A DNA stretch of 64,000 nt from NCBI GenBank assembly GCA_008632985.1, contig QPGO01000243.1, forward strand, positions 1 to 64,000. Reading direction: 5' to 3'. How positions within the stretch are numbered: the stretch's first letter is position 1; the number at the start of each line of letters is the position of its first letter. The position numbers were made by a program, and so were the translations under genes. The notes beneath the pieces are model-generated. The model was given only the letters and a program-made list of their open reading frames with translations, ran no database searches and had not been told where the DNA came from. Positions 21,025-31,352 of this stretch are shown in pieces. The stretch is from Psammoneis japonica. Its lineage: Eukaryota.

Positions 21025-24000
21025 GGCTGAGGCAGCCAACCTGACAGGAGCCTCTGAAAAATTCATTGTTGGCAAGTCTTGTCCTGGCAAAAGGTGGCAC
21101 AGCTGGAAGAGAAGCTGGAAAAGACACAACGATGCCATTCTGGCATGTCTGCTGGTGCTGTGGCACCCAATGTGAAGTCTCTGTTTGGTGCTGCCATCCT
21201 GTCCTTTGTGCGCCAATTGCAGAATCACAAAGATGAATCCAAGAAATGCATTGGGGCAGTGTTGGAGAAACTGCCATCTGCCACAACACCAATTCTCTGG
21301 TGTCTTGCACAAACTGAGTGGTTTTTTGTTGTTGTTTTGTCAACCAGCAAGAGAGCTTGCGCATGTGCTTTGCAAGAAATTGCGCGCAGCAGTGTGGGCA
21401 GTCTTGATGTGCATTTGGGCAGTCTCAAAAGGGGTTTGTGTGATGTTCTGGAAGAGATTGAGAAAATTGCTGGCAGGGGGAGTTTGCACAAAATTCTGGA
21501 ACAGACCAAGAAAATTGCAGGAAAAGAAAGCACAGAAAGTGCGGAGGAGGGGGGCATTGAAGAAGAGCACAAACACCAAGCATGGCAAATGACCCTGCTG
21601 CTGCCTTGGTTGGTTGATCCACAGGCTCAAATTCAAGAAAGGGTCACCTGGGGTTTGATTTGCATCGCACCTTTGTTTGTGCGTGTGTTCACCAGAAGAG
21701 CTGCTGCATGTGGTGATCTTGCACTGTTGCTCTGCATGAAACTCAACAACCATTGGAAGAATGGCTTTGAGAGGTTGACATTTGGTTTGTCATTTTCATG
21801 TGTTGATTTTGTCTGGCTGCACGAATTTTTTGTCTGGACAAACTGGAGCTGTGTTTCGAGATCCAAGTTGACTGGGTCACCATGCCATTCACAGGTTTGT
21901 GCACACAACAACTTCAAGGTTGTAAATCCCTGCCAAAGTGACACCACAGTCATCAAAAGTGCAGCTGCAATGTTGATTCAGTGGCAAGTTTGTGTTCAAA
22001 ATTTTTTTCACAAAAGCTCGCATCGCACCCCCACTTTGTGCATGCGGTGTGGGGCTGGTGAAAATCCCTAGAAAAAAAAAGAGTGTGATTGATGCATGCT
22101 CTGGTGCACACCATGAGACTCCTCACTGCAACCTGCATCTGCTGCAGAGATTAAAAATTGAGGCGTGCAAATGTGGCATTGTCTGCCTTGATCCATCTCC
22201 CAACAATGGACAGATGGGGAGCAAACCTTGTCACGTCATGTTCTGGTGCACCCGACAAAAGAGGGGCTGAAGGCAGATTGGCATTGGCTCCACTTCATTC
22301 TCCCAACCTGACCCTCTTGGGTGACAACCATGACAAATGCACAACAGCAACACAATGAATGACAAAAAATGAGCACAATGAAAAATGTGCACAATTCATT
22401 GGCAAATGAGGCTTTTTTTTTTGTTGCAATCATTGCACACAACCTTTTGTGCATGATCACAAAACTGAGTTCCCAATGATTTGAAAGTTTCACCTTCTTT
22501 GACACCAAGATGTTTGAAAACACACCACCTGTTTTTAAAACAATTTTTGTTTCATGAGCTGGCTGCAAAAGATGGTTGTGTGACATTGACAGTGTTGGGC
22601 TCAATCTTGAGCTCTCCAGCTTGCATTCTGGAGTCTGCCCTTTGGCTTCCTGCACACTCAGATTTGCAAAGTGCTTGCTCCTCAGCACTGCTGTTGCAGG
22701 AGAGGATTTCAGCGGGGGTGCAGAGGGAGCCATTGGCGCGTGCGCAACAGGATGTTGATGGGACAAGGTCACACCATGACATGCCAAGCCAGACAAGGAT
22801 GCTGCACAAAGCCTCAAATGTGGCCATGGTGCACTCTCACAACTGGCTGACAGTCAACTCAATCATTCCTTTTCTTTTGCCAGCAAAGGGGGAAAGAGTG
22901 AGAGCTGGGGAGAGGGCAGTGTGGCTGTTGGCTGTGCACAAAGAGTGCTCTGTGATGAGTGGCACATTTTTTTGCACTTGGAGTGGCTCTTCAATGAGGG
23001 TGGTCTCTGTGAAAAGAGACTGAGTTTTGTTGGTTGGTTTGTGCCAATCTGGGTTTTGCAGATGCATGCCAAAAAAAGCTGGTTGTTGCTCCCTTGAAGT
23101 TGGAGCAGCAAGAGCTGACCTCCAGCTGGGCACAAATGTGTGCAGATGAGGAGAGCTTGGTTTCTGGTGCCACCAGGGCTGACGTTTGTGGCAGATGGGT
23201 CCATGGCAGGCAGACAGATGTCAGTGTCAAGCATGTTGTTGCATGAGTGCAGCTTTGTCAAAGAAGCTGCTGCTGGTGCATCATGCATGTGCCTGCTGCC
23301 ATGCTCCTGGCCAGTGCAGCATTGTTTGTGCCCTTGCTGTTTTGGCCAACATGCACAACAAGAGTGGTGCAATGCTGGGGGCAAGCCAGCAGCAACAAGT
23401 CAAGTGCAGCAATTTCTGAGTTTTGCTTGTGCCATGATGGCTGGTGTGGGTCCATGCATTGGTTGCCAACAAGCTGTGATGCTTGGCTTGCAAGGTGCTT
23501 GTGCTGTCATCATGAGCGGCACAAAATGGGCAGCTCATCAAGGTGCTTTTGACCTTTGGGAGTCTTTTGGTCTGCTGTTGGCATTGGAGGCAATGTGGCA
23601 AGCCTTCCAGCTGCCCCCTGTTTCTTGTTGCAGGGTTGTTGAAGCTGGGGCATGCGTTGACCACACTGGCCTTTGCTTGTCTTTTTGTGTGTGCTCTCAG
23701 GCTGGCCAACATGTGGCGAGTGGTGCCCTCTCTGTCCATGACAACCAAGTTGAGTGGGAGGGCTCCACTTTGAGTGAAACAGAGAGAGCAAGCAGTGTCA
23801 GCTGTCATCACAAGAGAGGCCATGGAGAGCTTTGATCTCAGCAAGATGTGCCTTGGGCACATGCTGAGAAATGAGAGCAGGTGTTGTCCAGGCAGTGTGG
23901 GCAGCAGACAAGACCCAAGCTGTTGAGAACACAGCCTGCACACACCATTGGCTCATGTGTGCAGCCAGCATTTGCAGCACCAATGGGCACCGTCTTGTTG

Positions 24001-24139
24001 CAGCAAGCTCTCTTCCTCAGCACAAACAAAAACATGCAAGTGCATCTCTTTGTGGCACACAGGTGCACAGAAACAACAACAACAACACCAACATCAGCAC
24101 ATTGGCAAGAAATCACAAAAAAGATGTGCTCTCTCTGTG

Positions 24140-25380
24140 TGTGGTGGCAGCTGCTGCATGCCTTGCCAAGAGCCCTGCATGGTTGGCCTGCTTCCTCTGT
24201 GTGTGAAGACAGAGTGGCAAAATGTGCTCTTGGGTCCTCTTGGAAAAGCCTCAATTGAGGGGGGTCATTTGCTGCTTTTTCAGCTCAAATTTGACCAAAC
24301 AGCTTGTGACTTGCATGACTTTTCCTGAGTTTCACTGCGCTTTGCTGTGGTGCAAAACATCAAGCCACATTCTGTGTTGGAGGTGGCTGTTCACCAACTC
24401 TCCATTGCTTTGTGCTTGTTCTTGTGCATGTCAAAGGTTAAAAAACACCAAATGTCTGTGGCGCCATGGGCCACCACTGCATTGATGATTGCTGTCATTT
24501 TGTCGTGCTTCAATCATGGTGCATGATGCCCTCATTTTAGTGCATGGCCTAAAATTCCTTCCAAGATGATGATGTTGTGAGCTTGAGCTGATGAAACCCC
24601 CTTCCCTTTGATGCACCCCTCCTCAGTTTGCACCTGATGTTTCCCTTTTTGTGCTTGTAACTTGTGACGAACACTGTTGGCTTTAAAAGAGAGTGACAAA
24701 ACTTTGGAGTCTTTGAATTTTGTTGAACATTCAGGGATGTTTGAGACAAAGATCCAGGCATCACGTTGCATTGTTGTTCTTTGCTGGCTTGCACTGAAAT
24801 GCCCAGACATCCACACAATCTGGCAAGGGTCATGCTTCCCATCTTCAACTTGCACTTTTGACTCTTTTTTGATCAAAAATCAACACAAAAAACCAAAACA
24901 ATTCATCACTGGCATGAGACAATGAAGTTTTGCAAGAACCTCCAGCGGGTGGTTGATGCATCAGATCCAGAATGGGTGCTGCATTGGACCAACTGCAAGA
25001 TGCTCAAGGCGAGTGGATTGATTGTTAAATCAACATGAAACAACGATGCTTTCAACTTGGCTGCAACTTCACATCATTCTCTTCATCCGCGCTCCCACGC
25101 CAAGACTTGTTTTGATTTTCACTCCAGAGTTTTCTGGATTCCCTTTCATTGTTTAAAGTTGTGATGCATTTGTTTCCATTGACATTGAGTGATGTCATTG
25201 TCCTGTTCAAGATCTTGATTTTGATTGGCTCAAAGATGTTTTTGAATGAAACGATGTGTGAATCTTGCGTCATTGTGTCATCAAATGAGCTGGAATTCAG
25301 AATCTTTGTTTTTGTCAATTTGTTTTGCTTCCCCAAAAAATGACGTGTGCGCATCTTGAACTTGCTCAATGACACCCTCT
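24140..25380 (+). pseudogene. Mutated duplicate of the SPX 5' region (upstream, exon 1 at 24922-25008, most of intron 1)
   Basis: Colinear with ~38425-39790. Exon reads MKFCKNLQRVVDASDPEWVLHWTNCKMLK; donor GTAAGT changed to GCGAGT; copy ends before exon 2. Confidence 0.92.
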
Positions 25381-26478
25381 GGTGCCTTCAGATTTGTGAC
25401 AAACAATGCCGACTTTGTTGAGTGGAGAGTCAAAAAGCCCAATGAGCAAGCAAAGGAGAGGCAGCGGGAGGAGGCACAGAAAGAGCTGCAGGGGTGGGAG
25501 CAAAGAAAGGGCGCGCATGCAAGAAAGTGCACAGGGCATTTTAGAGAAGGGACAGGAGATGCATCAGTGCAAAGTTTGGAAAGAAAGTGGAGAGCATGGG
25601 CAGAAAGATGATGAACAACATTGCAGCCGAGAGCTTGGGTGGCCCATTGAGAAGGAGCAGACTGGCACAAGAGGAGCAAGAATGGTCAGCACTGATTTGA
25701 TGCCAGCCAGAAGTGAGCAGAGGATGAGAGCATGGATGGCAAAGTGAGAGTGCAAGAGAAGGCAATGCAAAAAGGATCAGAGCCTTGGAAAGCACAGGAG
25801 TTGGAGCAACCAGGGGGGAGACAGAAGGGCAGACAGAGCAGTTCGCACATCTGAAGGAGCACCAGCAAGAGTGGGGTCAATCACGATGCGCTGCTGACAC
25901 AAGCATGACAGAGCCGATGTGCCAACCCAGGGAGCACGGTGGACTTGACAAGAGCAGGCAAAGAAAGCACAGCAGAGTCAGAGAAAGCCAGAGAGTCAGA
26001 GATGAGGACAGAAGCATGGCAGCAGGATGCAACAAATGAAGCAGTGCGCGCACCAGTTGAAAGTGGGGAACAATGACCTGTGATTCACGCAGCTTTTTCG
26101 CCTCTCTGGTGCTCCTTGAGCCATTGAATGGCCTCAAATGCTCTCACCCAAGAATGCCGGATGATCACAAAGCAAGTCAATTGAAGTGGGAAAGCATCCT
26201 TTTCCCCTTTGCATGGTTGGCTGCAGCTTGAAAAAATGCAACATCGCTGTCGTCGACCCAACAATCACGACCCCGGGGTGAAAGCAACAAAAGTCATAAT
26301 AACATGCTGTGAATTGCCGGCACTGCAGCACCGGGCAAGCTTTTTTCACACTCTATTACAGCACACCAAGAGCACCGGTGTACATTCATTTAAAAAAAAA
26401 ATTCCATGAAAGAAGACCGTTAGTTAGACTAGTCTGATGAGTCGTCTTCGTCCGACGATTCTTCACACCGGTACCTTG

Positions 26479-29400
26479 TCATGGCTGCTGCGCGCGCTGA
26501 AAACTAATGAAAACGTTGTTCTGTTTGCCTCTGCCTCCTCTTCTTTTAATTTGGATCGCATCCTCGCCGACGACCGGATCGCCATTCCGCAAATAGGCTC
26601 GGACAATCATCTTGAAAACACTTTTGTGTTCTACCTCGCTCAAAATTGTCATCACATCTTCCATACGAAGCTTGAAAGTGAGATCATCTATCCCATCACG
26701 ACCGAGCTGGTTGCGTGCAAAGGTAGCCACCAAGGGGTTGCCGGATCGAGGATCGGATGGAGCTCCAACATCTCGGATTCTAAATCGTCGGGGAATAATG
26801 CATGTCTCGTCTTGCCCATCTTTGCATACCCGAATGGTACTCGTGTCAATGTCAGAGACGTCAAGATCACTGCTTCCGAGGATCACTGCTAGTAAACAAC
26901 CACGTGCCTTCAGAATCACTTTGTTGCAGCGCCAGCGGCGCCGATTGCGCCAACAAGTGAACGCACGGCAGGATTTGATGTCAAAGGCAACGACACGTGG
27001 CTGCAGTGGTGCGCTGCTCGGTGAAGCACTCGGTTGGCTGCTCGCGCTTGGTGCAATGCTCGGCGGAGCACTCGGTTGGCTGCTAACAGAGGGGGTGTTA
27101 CTGGACTGTTCTGATGGTTCAGATGAAAGGGAAGTCATTAGACTAGGACCTATGGACGGTTTGGAGCTCATGCTTGGCTCAGTAGACGGAGCAGACGAGG
27201 GCTGGAAGCTGATACTCGGTGAGATCGAAGGAGAAGATGAAGGTTTGGAGCTCACGCTTGGTTCCTCCGATGGTACCAACGACGGCTCCCAGCTCATACT
27301 TGGCAATGAGCTCGGACTGGTGGATGGCCACTTGGTAGAAGCCACCGTTGGTCCTGACGGTTCAATACAGACGTTTCGACTATCACTCGGACATGGATCA
27401 AAATCCTCGGCTTTCATTAGACCAGTCTCGAAAGCGCTCCCAGGGATAACAACTGAATAGAAACCACCGCCGTCAAGGATGAGCTCCGCCACAGAAAAAG
27501 GTCCGTCAAGTCCATTTTCTGCAATCAGAGTCCCATTGAATTCGAACGTTATTGGATTAGTGCCGCTCTTGAGGCTAGTAAGGTCAGAAATATAGTTGTC
27601 GATTTCTGTTCCATTGGTGTCCTGCAGCGTCGCAGACCAATGATACTCGCCCTCTTGTTCGATATAAATACTCATCTCCACGCGGAGATCGTTGTACAAA
27701 TCATCATCATCGGTATCGATGCCATACGTTTCTACCATGGACGTCCAAAGATGAATAGGTTTGTGCTGGAAGTCACGAAAAGAATACGCGGCCGTCTTAT
27801 AGGTCTCGCTCATTTCTGCGAGTATAGCAATGGAAAGGTCGCGCTCTTCAGCAAGGCGAAGAGCGGTAAGTAGTATGGCCCGTCTACTTGGTTCTGGAAG
27901 ATGGATCTTCCGTCAAAGGCGACGTCCACGCTGTTGATACCGCTCTGTAGTTCGGCATCAAACCCGGTAGTTTGCTTGTTTGCCGCGGAATCCGTCAACT
28001 CACCGAAGATTCGGTGAACGCCGGCAGCGGTTGCATCTACGCTCACCTTGACTACCAGTCGATCGTAATAACCATCTGAGTTATCATCGGCTCCCTCATC
28101 AGAGAAGTTGTCGTCGAGGATCAAACTGCCTGCGGTGACGATGCCAAGGACGTACTTGCTACGAGAAAATGATACTGGAACTTCGCCGTCTGCTCTAATA
28201 CTTGTACGGTAGTTTCCTGGCACGTTGGTGTCGAAGAATTGGCCGGTGTAAATGCCGTCATCCGCAACTTCATCTGGGGAAACTCCATCATCTCGCAAGG
28301 AGATTACTTCCAGTTCTTCTTCAGGTGTCGCTACAACAGCAGAAACATTTGCACCTGTAAGTGGCGTCTCGCCATCTTGAGTCAAAGTCCCAAAGTATGT
28401 CAAGGGAGTGCCGACTGCAACAGAAGCTTTGTCCAAAGACACTTCAAGGGTGATAGAGGAGCCACTCAAGAGCACCATAACAACATATTCTACACTGGCC
28501 TGATCAACGACATCGCCACTGACCGAAGCAACCAAGCTCTCATTTTTGACATCAAAAAGCCTGTAGATTACCGTTTTGTTCCCTTCATACTTAAATTGTT
28601 CAAAGGCTATGTTGGGCACCTGAGAATGTGTAAGGTTGAAGCTAATCTGGCCTGATGTGTAGGTGAACAGTACATGCGCGTCAGACGCTGTATCCAATGT
28701 GAGGGGAAATTTGAAGACTTCGCCCTGTGCAACTACACCTGCAACGGTGAAGCACTCAACATTGTTAGACGCTGCTATCAGCTGACGGTTTGGAGGGTCT
28801 GCTCTGAGCAAACGACGAGACAGAGGCTTGTGCTCATATCTGGTATCTTCTATATACCCGATAAGCTTGTTCAAGACATATCCTGATTGAGCAGTCCATC
28901 TGGTCCTCCATGCGCTGCATCAGCGGTCGCCCGGAGTAGAGAATTTCATCGCTGGTATAATCCAATGCAAAGGCAGACGTGACAGGAACAACTCCGTCAC
29001 CAGCACCAATCAATAGGTTCAAAATGAAGTTCAATGGGAATTCGAAAAAATCAGCGATGACACTGCCAGCGAGGACAGTGTACCTACGCCAGGAATCAAA
29101 AGTGAGGAGAGAACGCCATGAGAGCTGGCTTTTATTCCGCCGAAGGTCAAAGATACTGGCCGCACAAACAGACAATTTATGTCCTTACCTGACGTTTGGA
29201 TTGTATCCATGCAGTAGATTGTACACTTTCATGTGCGTCGTGGATAGCTGATAAAATGCTGGTCCCGTACCCCCCAACACTAATTCTTGAAAAAATCCCA
29301 AAATTAAAACAGTAGCGAGTGCTACGTCAAAAAGATTTACATCTTCTTCTGGTTTTAGCACTTTTTCCAAATGAGTCCCAATTCCAGAGATGATCCAATG

Positions 29401-31086
29401 GCCAACTCAACAAGGGTAGTTCCTTCGTTGGGTGTGGCAATCTGAATCAGCTGAGCTATATCATCATGATTCTCAACGTAGTGCCGGGAATCAAGACCCC
29501 CTTTGCTGTGTGCAACAATGTTGAGTTTGTCCACACCCCAGCGTCTCTTTGCGTCAGCGATTGCTAATTTAAGGTCATGAGCATTGTTTGCAATAGAATC
29601 ATAACCTCCCAGGGAGATATGTCCGTCAAAGGGAATGCCGAGACTGGTCAAATGATTCGCCCATGTGCGCCCGATCCACATACTTGCACCTGCTCTATAT
29701 CCGTGAACCAGCAGGACGGGACGAGGTGCCTCATCAATTGTTAGTTCAACCTTGTCTACTTGGATGCACTGGACCAGCCCAGCACCGGTGACTTCGATAC
29801 GAACTCTGTTCATTTCTGGCTCCAGGGTTCCATCTTTTCCTGGGTCATCTGGAAAGTTGACTACCTCGAGTGGAATACTGAATCTGTTCATTTTCCATTT
29901 CCCAGGGTCGCCGGTGAGAACGCCAACTTCATCATCATTGAAGTAGACATGAAAGCGCATTCCATTTGATGGATATGGCCTGGTCGGATTGTACTCGATG
30001 TCGTAGGCCGCGATACGTAGGACTGCCACCTCAGGAATGAGACCATTTTCCAACAGTTTTGTAATATCTCCATAGTAAGGGACTACTGAGTCAATTTCCA
30101 ATGGGATGTTTGGACCATATGCACAGTTGTCCTCGAGCCTGGCTCCTGAGTACTGATCAAAGGCCAGCGCATCGATTCTAGGAATTCTGGTACTAATGAA
30201 CCAAGGAAGAACGGTCTTTCCATATCCACAATCTGAATCATGTTCTGGAATCCGCCGTATCCCCCTGGGGCATACATTAGCTGACTACGAGGCCGAAGGT
30301 CACCACTCCCTGTTAAGAAATGTGGAGGCCTATACTCGTTTCCTTGAGACTGCTGCGGAATGAGAACACCGTTGACCGTGTCGACTATATGGTGGTCAAA
30401 AAATGAATATGAAACACCCTTTAAGCTGTATTGATGCAACACATCATTTCATCAAAGCCGAGGCTAAGGCCAGCCCAGACACGTGGACAGCAAATTGGAG
30501 GTCGGTAACGATCTCCAATTATCGAGGTCACTCCGTTTGTGGTATCAACATTTAAGATATACCACACCCCTCCTATGTCGGTCTTCACAATGTAGATTCT
30601 ACCGGACTTATCGATTGCCAGTGTTCCGCTGTAGTCTGATGATCTCTGGTACGTCTTGAAGACTCGACCGGTTCTGTCATCAATGAAGACCAATTCCGAA
30701 ATACCAAAAGAACAAGAAATTCTGCCACAGTATGGATGGCTGACCAGTCCAACTAAATGGCCACGGTAGCTGTCGTAGGCTAGGGAATGGAAACGCCTGC
30801 GACCACTGTAATATGTGGTCCCATCGTTGGTAATCTCGTGGATGTAGCTCACAATATTGCTTTCTCCGGTTACCTCATCCACCTTGTAGAGTGTGGCTCG
30901 GGACGTGTCGTCTGTTCCCACAACGTACAGAGTACTGGCCGCTTCGCCGACCAACAGAGCCAACAGAGCGAGGACCTTTCCAATTGCTGATCAGACAAGA
31001 AGCAAGAAAGCGGTGAGCAGGATGGGAGGGGTTAAAAGAAACAAGTTTGCTCTCTGTGGTTCACCCTTACCTCCAGAAAACTTCAT
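26479..31086 (-). CDS. Large secreted multidomain protein: propeller-like N-terminus, alpha/beta-hydrolase (lipase-like), choice-of-anchor-X-like Ig domains, Pro/Ser stalk, C-terminal domain
   Basis: ATG 31086 plus a short intron gives MKFSGAIGKVLALLALLVGEAAS; PVLLVHG and NIVAHSKGGLDSR; LRDDGVSPDEVADDGIYTGQF; two DxDxDxxY repeats; PSxxPS repeats. One more intron near 29085-29190; about five other breaks look like frameshifts. Confidence 0.75.
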
Positions 31087-31352
31087 CTTCTATCCGATAA
31101 AGATGGCAGGTATGATAATGTAACGATGATGTATTGAAAAAGGTATCATTGCTTGAATTGTGGGATGAGTTCGCATCAAAGATACGAGTTCGCATTGAGA
31201 CAACGAACTGTGGCTACAGTACAGTAGGGCCCTACCGGTACGTACCGCATTGCCGAGTTAGGATCCACGAGATAGAGTGGATGGGTGCGCCCGCCCTCCG
31301 AAGCTAAGAGTGGGGTGCGCCATCCAAGGCTGTCCAAGGTGCGAGCAAATCG

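Larger units (their letters stand above)
6500..26330. repeat. Transposon-rich, TpA/CpG-depleted block 1
   Basis: TA is nearly absent and TG/CA very abundant; nested TE remnants; dense Cys/His-rich spurious ORFs in all six frames. Edges approximate. Confidence 0.9.

Noticed and set aside
21079..23835. 330-aa and 231-aa ORFs
   Set aside because: No recognisable motif after allowing for TA restoration; length explainable by stop depletion.
25369..26040. Purine-skewed stretch resembling a coiled-coil gene remnant
   Set aside because: Too degraded to assign.
6290..26393. Similar GGTGTACAT words at both ends of block 1 as a giant-element TSD
   Set aside because: Only 9 bp identical, and no matching terminal repeats found inside.
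31279..31326. Possible hairpin GGATGGGTGCGCCC...GGGTGCGCCATCC as ncRNA or Helitron end
   Set aside because: Imperfect, single instance, no CTRR terminus or known RNA motif recognised.
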